Positions 1-14,538 of a DNA stretch of 64,000 nt are shown here, one piece after another. This stretch comes from Octopus vulgaris (Eukaryota). The stretch covers positions 25,234,001 through 25,298,000 of the forward strand of contig OX597827.1 of assembly GCA_951406725.2 (NCBI GenBank). Reading direction: 5' to 3'. The translations under genes were made by a program, and so were the position numbers. Position 1 is the stretch's first letter; each line of letters opens with the position of its first letter. Under the pieces are notes generated by a model. It was not told where the DNA came from, did no database searches, and saw only the letters and a list, made by a program, of their open reading frames with translations.

Positions 1-78
1 CACCGAGAATGAATACATCAGAAGACATCAACAGTACACACGGATACACACACACTTATACACACACACTTATACACA

Positions 79-124
<46 letters not shown>

Positions 125-276
125 CATACAAACGACTTAAAAATTCGCTTACTTTTTACAAAAAAGCCCAGATTAGGGACTTCAAGTGTTGGCAGCATAT
201 TGTAGATATGCAAGTACCACATCCAGTTTATCTGACTCACGAGTGGGTCCTTGGAGTGGCTTCATATATATAAATA

Positions 277-898
277 TATATTACGTAATATGTAAACAAA
301 CATAAGTTTGTTTTTTGAAGTGTTGGAATGTATTGTAGAACAAATAGAAAGATATATTTTTCAACGCGTAAATACTGATAGAACAGTATATATAAGAGCA
401 GAAAAATTTGTCGACAACATGCTATGAAGATCGAACTCACATCCCTCCAATATCTGGTTGGAGTGCTCTACCCTTTAAGCTAAACTGCCGAACGACAAAT
501 ACTTCTGCAATTTTAGAAGTTATAAAGTCATCCAGAAACGCTAGATGTCATATAGATTACGTCATATGTAAAAGAAACAAATTTGTTTTTTGAAGCGTTG
601 AAATGTATTGTAGAATGGCAAATTTAATATATAAAGTAGAAAGATATATTTTTTAACGTGTAAATGCTGATATGTTTCTTTTACATATGACGTAATCTAT
701 ATGACATCTAGCGTTTCTGGATGATTTTATAACTTCTAAAAGTGCAGAAGAATTTGTCGGTCGGCAGTTTAGCTTAAAAGGTAGAGCACTCTGACCGGAT
801 ATTAGAGGGGTGTGAATTCATGGCTGGTTGCCCAAAAATTATTCAGCTCTTAAAGGATTTTATCTTATATATACTCTTCTATCAGTATTTACGCGTTG
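277..898. repeat. Tandem plus inverted repeat element (pseudo-LTR-like architecture)
   Basis: 277-378 is repeated directly at about 555-670. About 672-898 is an imperfect reverse complement of about 362-579 (ccagaaacgctagatgtcatatagattacgtcatatgtaaaagaaaca vs tgtttcttttacatatgacgtaatctatatgacatctagcgtttctgg). Confidence 0.8.
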
Positions 899-1123
899 TC
901 TACTTGTTTTATATACAGTATGTGTGTGTGTGGTGTGCGTGTGGGAAAGTGCAAAGTAAAACTGGAGATTCGATTAGAAGTATTTTTCTTATTATAACAT
1001 CATAAATAACATACTCTTTCCACGTGTTTCCCTGTCAAAAACTAGAATGAAATGCGGTAATCGTTACTTAGACATTTGCACAATCATCTTATAACGCCAG
1101 ATCATCAGAAGAATTAAATAATT

Positions 1124-1538
1124 GGATCTTTTCGGTTTGAACGGCAGTTTTTTCTAGCGGTGTCATATGAAATTGTCACCCATAGTTATGTCCCTAGTAT
1201 CGATCTATTGCATTTCAATCTGTTTTAGGGTTAGGGTTAGGGTGGGGGAAGGGTATCTTTTTTCTTCAGAAATGTAAATAAACCCAATCTGCTTCTTAAA
1301 CGAGGGACATATTCATACGGCACAGAATGTTTTCACCTCAATAGACATCATTGATTTGTTGAAATTGCAGAAATTGAAGAAAAAAAGACAACAAATATCT
1401 TGCAAACTAGGGAATTTTCTCAATAAAGCCAAGAGAAAAAGATGTTTTATAAACACATTCTACCAGTATACGAAGTTTAACAGTGTTTAGTTACCTGGAA
1501 ATTATTTTAAAAACCTGCCGTTCAAACCGAAAAGATCC
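1124..1538. mobile_element. MITE with 24-bp TIRs and 8-bp TSD, Merlin-like
   Basis: TIR GGATCTTTTCGGTTTGAACGGCAG / CTGCCGTTCAAACCGAAAAGATCC. Both flanks are aaataatt (1116-1123, 1539-1546). GG termini with an 8-bp TSD fit Merlin. Internal (TTAGGG)3 at 1225-1242. Confidence 0.85.
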
Positions 1539-1831
1539 AAATAATTTAATTCATTGTTACTTACCAATGTCAGACGGTGAGCAGATCCAAGTTGAGGACT
1601 GCCTGTATATTCAGCAGTCTCCGTTAAAGAAAGGAATTTTGATATTTTCATTTCTCAATTATATAAAAACAGACATACAGATAGGTTGGTATAAGGGCAA
1701 CCAGAGAATAAATTTAGCTCCTAAACTATACAAAACAAAATATCGGGTTAACTCTGATTACATTTGAGAGAGAAAAGAGTCAGACAGGACATGCCTGTTC
1801 ACGCATACACATATACATACACGTTAACATA

Positions 1832-1995
1832 TACACTGGTGTGGCTGTGTGGTAAGAAGGTTGCTTCCAAACCACATGATTCCGGGTTCAGTCCCACTGC
1901 GTGGCACTTTTCACAAGTGTCTTCTACTATAGCCTCGAGCCACCCAAAGATTTGTGAGTGGATTTGGTAGATGGAAACTGAAAGAAGCCCGCCGT

Positions 1996-2036
<41 letters not shown>

Positions 2037-2178
2037 TTTATGTCTGTGTCTGTGTTTGTGTTCGCCTTAACCATTATTGACCGATAGAATAAGTACTAGG
2101 CGTTAGACTGAAGGCGGTGCTCCAGAATGGCCGCAGTCAAGGCCACAGTCAAATGACTGAAACAAGTAAAAGAATAAA
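1832..2178 (+). mobile_element. SINE family A (tRNA head, CORE-like body, internal microsatellite, CR1-type tail), partly deleted
   Basis: Head gtggctgtgtggtaag...ccgggttcagtcccactgcgtggcac. Tail ggcggtgctccagaatggccgcagtc...gactgaaacaagtaaaaga. Confidence 0.9.
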
Positions 2179-2255
2179 CAGAACAAATACGTATATGAAA
2201 GGTTGTAGAAGTTCAATAATTCGTTTACATGTGTAAACATACAGTTCGGTTTAAG

Positions 2256-2496
2256 CAGTGGGTCCTTGGGAATCCATATAAGATTTTCTTGAAATTTCTT
2301 GAAATTTAATAAAACTGGTTGTATTTCTACAATACTCAAAATATTTTAGCAATTTTTCTTATACGATTCCTAATGATATTTAAACATAAAAATATAATAA
2401 TAAGTTTTATATACATAGAATCGCTATGAATATATCAGCCCATAAGAAAGTAGGAATGAAAGAGATCCGTTGGGGAAAAATGGTTGAGGACCATTG
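2256..2496 (+). mobile_element. hAT(Charlie)-like non-autonomous element, decayed
   Basis: Termini cagtgg... and ggttgaggaccattg resemble CAGTGGTTCTCAAC. Shares atccatataagatttt with the copy near 12.5 kb. Confidence 0.55.
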
Positions 2497-2586
2497 GGAT
2501 AAGGCATACAATATGAGCAGCAAAAATTTTAATTTGTGTTCAGCTGAAAATGGACCTAAATAGCTGAGAAGATTCCTTCTCTTCTA

Positions 2587-2587
<1 letters not shown>

Positions 2588-2675
<88 letters not shown>
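2588..2675. repeat. (CA)n microsatellite
   Basis: Read directly from the sequence. Confidence 0.95.
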
Positions 2676-2676
<1 letters not shown>

Positions 2677-3339
2677 CATTTGCATTATAATTTTTGCCCG
2701 GATTTCGATTACGAGTGTCTTACGTTGCTGAAACCCTGAAGAAGCATTATCTGTTACTGGAAAATAAACTTTAGAATGTTCAACAAATGTCTTTCGTACT
2801 CTTAGCTCATTTGCATTTCTTTCATATATAAACCTCCTCCATTACTTGTATATTTTTCGCTGCAAAGTTACTGGTTGACACTTGATTGTCATTCTGCAAT
2901 CTCTATTCTCTCTTCTGCACCATGTATAATCTCGTTCGTGCAACATCTTGTAACATCTTGTAACATTACACAACACCATGTAACGTCCTGTCAATAATTT
3001 TTCAATCAGAGATATCCTATTTCCCAATTACATATGCATTATCTAACAACTTACACTAACACGTCATTGACGACATCTTCTTTGTCATACCACGCCACCG
3101 CACGGCCAATCACTTCCTTTTACTTACTATTTTCATGCACTTCTTCATATTTCGTATTGTCGCTATTTATTTTCTTTTTCTTATTCATCATCTTACGTCA
3201 TTCTCGATCGTAATTCACTCCTCACATAATACTATAGTTTTTACATTATACGTATTCCATCGAATACGTGCTTGCAAATACGTACGCACTGTGTATGTGT
3301 ATAGGAATTTATGGGTTTGCGTGCATGAATATAAATATC

Positions 3340-3400
<61 letters not shown>

Positions 3401-3568
3401 TTCTCTCTGCCTCCATATATATACTCTACATATTTGAAAAAGGTAAGAGATCTGAATATTTATAAGAGAACTGTCGCTTGTATTTAACCACCAAATTTTT
3501 ATCGTTGCGTTGACTCAGTTTTTTGTAACATCATTTGTAATAGGACCCTCGCATTATCATATATATAT

Positions 3569-3618
<50 letters not shown>

Positions 3619-4954
3619 TACATACCTACAGATATGCTTGCATATATGCAAATGTTCGTCCGTCAGAAAGACGAGGATCATCTAGTCATCCTTAAGGAAG
3701 AATGATGCCTTGCGCGGTGAGTTTGTTGAAAGTGAAAATGAGTTGCGCACCATCAACCACACTCTCTCGTCCGTGGTTATTTTCAATCCAGTGGCAAAAC
3801 CAAGTCAAGAGAACCGGGATGGAGTCGGATGTAGTGAATGACCACCATGTTCTACTTGCTTCCTCGTGCCCTCTGCTATCCACAAAGTGTTGCTGCATTC
3901 ACCCTTCCTATTGACAAATTGTGCCAATTTGTCAATAGCTGGAACCCAGGCAAGTAAAAAAGTAGAGCAGGGAACAATAGTGACCAATAGGTGATTCCAC
4001 GCTCCTCAAAACCATGGAACTTCTGAACCAGGGCTTCATTACCGAATGTAGTTTAAAGTCACTCACGTGAACACATATATACGTGTTTGCGCACGCGTAA
4101 ACTAAAGCGATATTAGACCTGAATCATTGTAGTTTTGCCACTCGTAAACCAAGCTACTGAATCCAATAGAAATTCTCCATTTGATGTGACAGAGATTGAA
4201 GCATCACTGAGATATTTTCTTTTAATTACCAGGCGTATTGCTATAAAATGTTATTTCTTTGGAAATTGCAGAATGCAAGTGTATGTTTCTAATATCTAAT
4301 TTTAAATTTGTTGGCAGTGAGATTTATACATATTCGCAGAGGAGCTATTGTATATAGGTTGGTCAATATCATGTAGAGAACGGTTTTCATTGGTAATGAG
4401 AGGTGAGATTTATTAATGGTAGAATATGATAAGTACACGTTTGTATTGTGAAGGAGTTTGTCGTGTTTCTGTGTTTGAAAATGATTATGGTATACGTTAA
4501 ACAATAGTTTAGCTACAGGAGAGTATCTATTTTAGATTGAAGCGTGGGTTGAACCGGATTGTTTTCTTTTTCTATATTACTGTCTTATGGCCAGAGCATC
4601 ATAGTAGCCGGTGGAAAAAAATCGCTAAATATGTTTCCCGTCAGACAACATTCGTGAAAGTCTCTGTGAAATATTTCACCAAAATATTCATAATATTGCT
4701 TCCGTGGTTAGAAGAGGTATTGATATATCAGAGATTGTCAGTTGGTTTCAAGTAAAGTATATAAATTACGCCTGTAAATCGTATGTACATCGCCTCAGCA
4801 AATTTTACTATTTTGAGGTTCGTGTTTATAGTTGTGGCGAAACCAAGATTTTTAAAGATGTGAATGAGTTTGCTGAATTTGTCAGCGAACAGAAAAAACT
4901 GTTTAGAATAATTCCAAAAATGTAGAATGTAGTAGTTTTTCTGACAATCATGTC

Positions 4955-6175
<1,221 letters not shown>

Positions 6176-6214
6176 TATGCATGCGTGTGTGTGTCCGCGC
6201 GCCCGAGAGTCCGC

Positions 6215-7185
6215 GTGTAAATGGCATTTCTTGCTCAGATGAAAAGAATAGACTAAAAGTTTCCGGATGCCGAATCTTAATACTTTATCGTTTCGGCATG
6301 AATATTAAACGAGGAAGGCAAATAAAAATAAAAGTATTTTTTAAAAAATAACAATAACAATACACAATAACAAAAATGGAGGAAAAAGAAAAAGAAAAAG
6401 AAACGCAGAAGTACAAGACATGACGTAACGAAGTGACCTACAATGTGTTGTGTGTAGGAATATGTGTGCGTTCGTATGTGTCCGTGTGTGTGTGTGTATC
6501 GAAGCGCGCATGTACAAGTTTTGTGGGTGATATTGTGTGTTCGAATGAGTATGTTTGTCCGGATGTTCTATGTTCGCGACTTTTCTGCGTCGTATGTTTG
6601 CGTATGGCCGTGGTGAGTCCGTGTTTCTTATCACTGTGTGTGTGTGTGTCTGTGTGTGTGTATGTGTGTATCTGCGTATGTGTATGATTCCTGTTTCTGT
6701 GTGTGCGCTTAGTTTATTGTTGAGAGAGAGAGAAAGAGAGGGAGGTGGAGTGAGGAGTGAGTGAATCTGTATATGTTTCAGTGCGTCCATGTTGTATATG
6801 TTTGTCTACACACACACACGCATATATACATATATACATATATACATATATATATGTATATATCTACATCTGTGTATGTGTGCGTGTGTTGTGTGTGTCT
6901 GTGTGTCTGTGTTTAAATGGCAGTTCTTGGTCCGATGGGAAGAATAGACTAAAAGTTTAAAGATGTCGAATCTTTACGTTCTTCTCTTTATTGTTTCGGC
7001 TGGCTTAAGTACATGTTTGTTGTCATTTTATGGGTGTGTGTGTGCGTACGTAGCTACGCGTGTGTATGATTTATGTTTGTGTGTACGCGCTTGTTGGTGG
7101 ATGTGTGAGAGAGAGAGAGGGGGGGAGAGAGAGCTAGTGAATCTGTGTATATGTTTCTGTTTGGGCGCATCTATGTTGTATGCAT
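6215..7185. repeat. Diverged local tandem duplication
   Basis: aaatggcat/gttcttg..gaatagactaaaagttt..gatg(c/t)cgaatctt occurs near 6220 and 6915. (GA)n-gtgaatctgt.tatatgtttc occurs near 6720-6780 and 7105-7160. Confidence 0.7.
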
Positions 7186-7639
7186 ATGTTTGCTTACGTA
7201 TGAGTGCCTATGTGTCAATGTGCTTTATGTAAACACGTGTGTGTGTGTACATATTCGTATATCTCTATGTATATGTTTGCATGTACGTTTGCATGCGTTC
7301 AAACGATGCTAGAAGGCAATAAATAGGTAGAGGAAACATACAAAATGTCGGCTCATGATGTGATTGCTGATCTGAGCAGATGTCAATGGAACGGAAGGGT
7401 CTACCCAGGATCGACGTGCACAGCATGCGCAAGTTCTCTTCGCCCTGTCCTCGACATCCTTTCCTTTCCACCGCTGAAACACTCAGCTCCACCCCAATAA
7501 ACACACCTTTCCGAAATGTTACGCAATAATCTGACATCTCGAAGATGATCCAATCAGCAGCTGCCATAACAATTCTCAAACGCTTCCCTTCCTCACGCTT
7601 CATCATGACTTGCAGCAGTCTCCTCCTATCCTTCGTCGA

Positions 7640-7679
7640 TATCATTGCTATCGTCATCACCATCATTATCGTCGTTATT

Positions 7680-7729
<50 letters not shown>

Positions 7730-7846
7730 TGTCGTCGTCATTATCGTCTTCATCATCTTCATCATTTTCATCATCATCACCAATACCATCATTATCATCA
7801 TCATCATCATCATCATCATCATTATCGTCGTCATCATCTTCATCAC

Positions 7847-7900
<54 letters not shown>

Positions 7901-8445
7901 CATTATTATCATCATCATCATTATCATCATCATCGTTGTCATCATCACCATCGTCATCTTCAATATCATCATCATCATTATCATCATCATCATCATCATC
8001 ATCATTATCATCATCATCATCATCATCATTATCATCATCATCGTGGTGGTGGGGTTCGCGGTGTCGTCGTCTTCGTGACTTTTATCACGATCATCATAAT
8101 TATCGTCATCAACATGATGAACATCAGGATGTTGATCATCATCATCATCATCATCATCATCATCTTCGTCGTCGTAATCGTAATCGTTACCATCACCATC
8201 ATCATCGGCGGCGGTGGCGTCGTCTTCGTTTTGACCTTTATCACGATCGCGGCATCATCAGTATGAAGATCGTTGCCCTCATCACCATCAACATCATCTC
8301 TATCACAAGCATCACTATTACCAACACAAAAACAACCATGACCTCCACGACTATAATCACAGCTGCCATCGTCATCATCATAAATGCCCTAATACACCCG
8401 CTGCCTCCTCTCTTCCTCCTCACCATCATCATCATTCTCGTCACC
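7640..8445. repeat. Long degenerate (ATC)n trinucleotide tract
   Basis: Read directly. Gives spurious poly-H/I/S/M ORFs in all frames. Confidence 0.95.
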
Positions 8446-8916
8446 ATCTAATAAGGACGAAGAGCAGGCTCTTTCTCATCTTCTTCTAAATGCTTCTGAA
8501 AACGAAGACGAAGAACGAAGGAAATGTTAACACGAACAATTTTCGCAATTTTTTGAAGATGTCATCCAAACGCATGAAATTCTGTACACACACACACAGA
8601 CAAAATCACACACACTTACACAGATATACGCAATACACATACACACGCGCACTCACACACACACACACACACACACTAACACATACACGCACATACGCAT
8701 ACACCTGTTCATATGACGCACTCAAGTACAAGTTTGGAGAAATAAAAAACACGATATGACCAATATATAATGTACTTATTTACATATGTTTGAAGAAGGG
8801 AGGAATATATATATATATATATATAAAACAAGTACATACATATATATATATATATGTATATGTATGTATATATATATATACATGTGTGTGTATATATATA
8901 TGTATATATATATATG

Positions 8917-8955
<39 letters not shown>

Positions 8956-9074
8956 TATATACATATATACATATATATATATGTATATAGTAATATATAT
9001 ATATATATATATATATAACATTTACATTTAAATATACGTTCACAGACGCATAGAAACTCACACATATACACACG

Positions 9075-9162
<88 letters not shown>

Positions 9163-9166
9163 TATA

Positions 9167-9243
<77 letters not shown>

Positions 9244-9506
9244 CCAGACACATGAAGAAATATATGCATTCAACGATTTTTATAATCTTTTCAAGGATCG
9301 ATAAATACATTACATGCTGACCAGCACAATAGAAAGCTTTTAAAGTTTGGTTCTTCTTTAAGAATATTTCTTTAAAATGGAACTAATGTGGCTTGTCATA
9401 CAGACAAATACTAACAAAATGTATCGAAGCAGAAATAAATATATATATAAATATATAAATAAATAAAAGAAGAACGTGTGAGGAAGAGATACACCAGTGG
9501 ATTGAA

Positions 9507-9539
<33 letters not shown>

Positions 9540-9991
9540 TGATAGAGAGAGAGACAAGATAGAAATATGGATAGAAGGAGGGAAAGAGAAAATGATGGAA
9601 CGGGGAAAAAATGGAGAGAATGGGAGTGGTAAGAAAAGAAATGGGGCAACGAGAAATTGAGGTAAGCTAGAGAGAGAGAGAGAGAGAGAGAACAATGGGG
9701 AGAGGGAGGGAGAGAGATCAAATATTAACAAGGGAAGTAACCTGAAGAAAATTTAAAAAAACAACCCCAAAATTATGACGACCATAATGGTTAAAATACT
9801 GAGGCATACAATATCTTAGGAAGACACGAATGTCTACACATGTAGAAGCATATAATATATGCAGATAGGCATTTGTTTATTGGCAGCCTTCTTCCTCTGT
9901 ATTTATATACAGACACACATATATACATATACGTATACACATGTATATATACATATACATACATACGTGTATATATATATATATATATATA

Positions 9992-10057
<66 letters not shown>

Positions 10058-10164
10058 GAATTCACAACGACCTCGAACCCGCAGGAGTAAACAAGAGAGA
10101 CAGAGACAGGCAAAAACAAGTAAAATGCCACTTGTATTTAAATACTATACAAATATTCCTCTTA

Positions 10165-10560
10165 CTCTTTACTCTTTTACTTGTTTCAGTCATTTGACTG
10201 CGGCCATGCTGGAGCACCGCCTTTAATGGAGCAACTCGACCCCGGGACTTATTCTTTTGTAAGCCCAGTACTTATTCTATCGGTCTCTTTTGCCGAACCG
10301 CTAAGTTACGGGGACATAAACACACCAGCATCGGTTGTCAAGTAATGTTGGGGGACAAACACAGACACACAAACACACACACGCATATACATATATACAT
10401 ATATACGAAGGGTTTCTTTCAGTTTCCGTCTACCAAATCCACTCACAAGGCTTTGGTCGGCCCGAGGCTATAGTTGAAGACACTTGCCCAAGGTGCCACG
10501 CAGTGGAACTGAACCCGGAACCATGTGGTTGGTAAACAAGCTACTTATCACAGCCACTCC
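10165..10560 (-). mobile_element. SINE family A, near full length
   Basis: Reverse complement of the head (cagccactcc), body and tail (cttgtttcagtcatttgactgcggccatgctggagcaccgcc). Confidence 0.92.
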
Positions 10561-10691
10561 TTCTTTAAAAAAACTTTTTAATTTTTCTAAATTTAATTGT
10601 TTTTCATACTTAAAGTTGAAAAAGTCTCAATGACTGAAACCGGTACTGAAATGATTTTATAAAATTGTTTTAGCATTTTCTATCTTGACTG

Positions 10692-10747
<56 letters not shown>

Positions 10748-10749
10748 CT

Positions 10750-11075
10750 TTCACTTGTTTCAGTCGTTAGACTGTGGCTATGCTGGGGCACCACGTTGTT
10801 CGCCTTCTATCGTTTTATTTTGCCGAACGGCTATGTTACGGGGACGTAAACACAAGAACACAAGTAGTGGTGGGGAGACACGGACACAAAAACGCTGGCA
10901 CACACGCGGACTCACATACATACGACGGGTTTCTTTCAGTTTCCTTCTACCAAATCCGCCCACAAGGCTTTGGTAGGCCTGAGGTTATAGCAGAAGTCAC
11001 TTATCCAAGGCGGTACGCAATTGAATTGATCCGAGAACCTTGTGGTTGGCATGCAAACATCTTACCACACAGTCA
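10750..11075 (-). mobile_element. SINE family A, diverged
   Basis: Same motifs with more substitutions. Confidence 0.8.
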
Positions 11076-11319
11076 TAGCGATGTATTTTTTTCTGGTTTT
11101 TGAATGCAGGATTCTGTTATGAATACTTTCCTTTTTTAAAAGGGTTCTTTAAGTAACTCGGGGTCAATTTTAGACCTGAGAAGCCAAAATGTATTTGTTA
11201 TTAGTACGATGTTTATTAACAAGCAACTGGAAGAAATAAGTACAAAATAGTGTTGAATTTAGTAGCAGAAAATACTAACTTGGAACAACAACAAATAAAT
11301 ACATTTTGCTTTCTTTTTA

Positions 11320-11548
11320 TTCTTTTATTTGTTTCAGTCATTTTGACTGCAGCCATGCTGGAGCACGGCCTTTAGTCGAGCAAATCTACCCCAGGACTTA
11401 TTCTTTGCAAGCCTAGTACTTATTCTATCGGTTTCTTTTGCCGAACCGCTAAGTTACGGGGGCGTAAACACACCAGCATCGGTTGTCAAGCGATGTTGGG
11501 GGGACAAACATAGACACACATACATACATACATACATACATACATACA

Positions 11549-11583
<35 letters not shown>

Positions 11584-11745
11584 GACGGGTTTCTTTTAGT
11601 TTCCATCTACCAAATCCACTCACAAGTATTTGGTCGGCCCGCGGCTATAGTAGAAGACAATTGCCCAAAGTGTCACGCAGTTGGAATGAATCCAGAACCA
11701 TGTGGTTGGTAAGCAAGCCACTTACCACGCATTCACTCCTGTGCC
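11320..11745 (-). mobile_element. SINE family A with (CATA)n core
   Basis: Head, body and tail all present. Confidence 0.9.
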
Positions 11746-12069
11746 TATAAAATTGTAAAATATTTTTTTTTATAAAAGAGCTTACAATATTGGTTTTTAC
11801 TAGAAAAAAGATAAATATTTGAAAATGTACAGAATAAAACATGGGTTAAATCATAGAACTTCAATATTCAAGTTTTTATGCTTCAAAACGTCCCAGCTGT
11901 TGTCTACTGTAAAAGTTCTCAAACACTTTTACATCTGGACTCCTTTGTTTACTGTTTTATTCTGATGCCGCCGCTCTTTAGCCATTCGGTGATTGAAAAT
12001 TAGTTTTGGAGATATTTCTTACAAAATGTTTATTTAGTTTTCACTCATTAACTTGTGTATGTTGTCCTA

Positions 12070-12426
12070 TGTACTACGGCACTCCGTCGGTAATCAACGG
12101 AACAGCTTGCTCGTGAAATTAACGTGCAAGTGGCTGAGTAATCCAGAGACACATGTGCCCTTAACATAGTTCTTGGGAAGATTCAGCGAGACACAATGTG
12201 AAAAGGCTGGCCTTTTGAAATACAGGTACAACAGAAACAGGAAGAAAGAGTGAGAGAAAGTTGTAGTGAAAGAGTACAGCAGGGTTCGCCACCACCCCCT
12301 GTCGGAGGCTCGTGGAGCTTTAAGAGTTTACGCTCAGTAAACACTCACAACGCCCGGTCTGGGAATCGAAACCGCGAACCTATGACCGCGAATCCGCTGC
12401 CCTAACCACTGGGCCATTGCGCTTCT
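12070..12426 (-). mobile_element. tRNA-derived SINE family D (tRNA-Arg-like head)
   Basis: Minus-strand head gcgcaatggcccagtggttagggcagcgga...ggtttcgattcccagaccgggcg carries A/B boxes. Tail ctcagccacttgcacgttaatttcacgagca is shared with 49930-50045. Confidence 0.85.
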
Positions 12427-12439
12427 ACTGTATTATGTA

Positions 12440-12612
12440 AAACATTAGAGAAAGAAACCCAGATGTTCCTTGCAATAAATACATCTAAAGCCATTTTCAT
12501 GGACCCTTAATATACTACTACGGGTTCCCAATTTATCATTCTGCTTGTGTTGGCCTCCAAAAATCTTATATGGATCCCTTACGGTCATGTGGACTCCGGT
12601 TGAGAGCCACTG
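12440..12612 (-). mobile_element. hAT-like non-autonomous element, one end
   Basis: Minus strand begins cagtggctctcaacc. Homologous to 2256-2496. Confidence 0.6.
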
Positions 12613-14092
12613 GTCTACTGTATTTAGTCCATAAACTCCCCAGTTATAGAACTTCAAAAATGTCTCATACGAAGATAATGACATGTTTTTACAAACGTTA
12701 GACACGTGATCGTTTTCTTTTTCAATTGTAGAAAGAAGCGGAATAACTTTTTTCTGGTGTATTGTAATCTGTGTTGGGTTTTCTACTGTGGTTAATTATT
12801 ATTAGCATCTAAATTCAATGTGGAAGTTAAGAAGTTACGATGACTTATGGTGAGTGTCCAGCGCATAACTTCGCCGCTCAATGCCATAAACTTTGGTGTG
12901 CTGTGCTAGGCATACAATGACTTGTCCAAGTTAATTTATATTCCTATCATCACATCATATTCCTTCAGAAAGGTGTCACCCATCTTGTCCTCTGTATTCT
13001 TCGTACACCAGTTTGAACGGATTGCACCTCAATATTTCTGTCTTTCTCAATAATGTGAGGGACAGCACAGTTTTCACTATATTAACCCGTTTGCAATATT
13101 GGACAAAATATTGTTCAATAAATGAGTTCGAGAAAGAATTTGATTAATTCAGTTATTGGTAGTAAAAGAAGGAACAAAAGTCAAGGCCCTGGGGGTCTTG
13201 TCCTTCCAGTCCCCACAGCAAAAATTGTTTCTCTAAATCTTCTATGGACTCACCTTTGGACCGTTTCTCACATGGACCGTTGTCATTTTCCCCCGATGTT
13301 ACGTAAAATATTGAATTCTATGAGGAGAGAGAAAGAAAGAAAGAGAAAGAGAGAGAGAGAGAAAGAAAGAGAGAGACTTTAACCTCCTCGAAAGATCTCT
13401 CTCAACACAAAATTAGTCAATATTCATCTAATTATGATTCATATTTCTGGAAATATATTTTAAATTATTTTATTTTTTTACAATTTATAGAAAGTTATCA
13501 TTTAATTAAAAAAATTACTTTATTTAATCAAAACTTTTGGGCAATCGTATTTACATTTCTCTAAAATAATTTTATTTTATTTTTATTGACATCATTAGTT
13601 CTATCTTCATTTAATCATTGAATTAAAAGTTGTATTAACGTTTTTATTGGAAATAACCGATTTTCTCTTCATTTCTCTGCTAAACAGAACCATAAAACAA
13701 TATACAAACAATATATTGCTATAGTGATTCTGCTAATTTTCAGACCTACAGTGTTTGTTGCAAACTTCATATTCAATATTTGCATTTTACATCTCGAGGA
13801 ATAAGAGGTGGCCTGGAAGAAACGTTACGGCGTTGGAATAAATGGTTTGTGCTATAGAGTTACAGCACTCTACATTCCGAAGTGAAATCCTGCTAAGTTT
13901 GAAAACGTCACTTGTCCTTTCACTGTAGATGAAGTTTATACCAGTCATGCCCTTGGTATGATACAGTCAACGTTCCTCCCCAGCTCTCTTCCACTCCCAA
14001 ATCAATAAAACTTATCGCTCGTTAATAATAGCAATACTTACGGAAAGGCCAAGCAATGGAGTGTGTCCTAATTCACGGATAAATAGAGTAGT

Positions 14093-14253
14093 CGGAGTGG
14101 CTGTGTGGTAAGTAGCTTGTTTATCAACCACATGGTTCCGGGTTCAGCCCCACTGCGTGGCACCTTGTGCAAGTGGTGTCTTCTACTATAGCCTCGGGTC
14201 GGCCAAAGCCTTGTGAGTGGATTTGGTAGACGGAAATTGAAAGAAGCCCGTCG

Positions 14254-14284
<31 letters not shown>

Positions 14285-14490
14285 ATGTTTGTGTGTCTGT
14301 GTGTGTCCCCCCAACATCGCTTGACAACCGATGCTGGTGTGTTTACGTCGCCGTAACTTAGCGGTTCGGCAAAAGAAAACCGATAGAATAGGCTTACAAA
14401 GAATAAGTCCTGGGGTCGATTTGCTCGACAAAAGTCGGTGCTCCAGCATGGCCACAGTGAAATGATTGAAACAAGTAAAAGCGTAAAAGA
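14093..14490 (+). mobile_element. SINE family A, full length
   Basis: ggagtggctgtgtggtaagtagcttg ... ggtgctccagcatggccacagtgaaatgattgaaacaagtaaaag. Confidence 0.92.
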
Positions 14491-14538
14491 GTAGTAGATA
14501 TAGTAGTTTTATTATTACTATTAATAAGAGTAATAGGT

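Noticed and set aside
2730-2796. CTGAAGA-AGCATT...AATGTT hammerhead-like relic
   Set aside because: GAAA is missing and stem III is unclear, so it is too decayed to call.
3805-3987. LAWVPA..DKLA as an RNase H motif
   Set aside because: The intervening H-x-G-x-x-GNE residues are absent, so this is likely chance.
7380-7529. Short ORF MSMERKGLPRIDVHSMRKFSSP... as a possible host exon
   Set aside because: Only 49 codons, a weak acceptor and no recognisable homology.
7265-8451. Long poly-His/Ser/Ile/Met ORFs of 177-268 aa
   Set aside because: They are open in several frames on both strands simply because (ATC)n lacks stops there. No domain or clear splice context.
12350-12426. tRNA genes at SINE heads (also 39120, 49031, 60290)
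   Set aside because: A/B boxes are present but the cloverleafs are imperfect and run into SINE bodies.
12880-13000. Minus peptide FLKEYDVMIGI*INLDKS resembling an L1/Tx1 RT motif
   Set aside because: A single short motif with a stop and no supporting neighbours.
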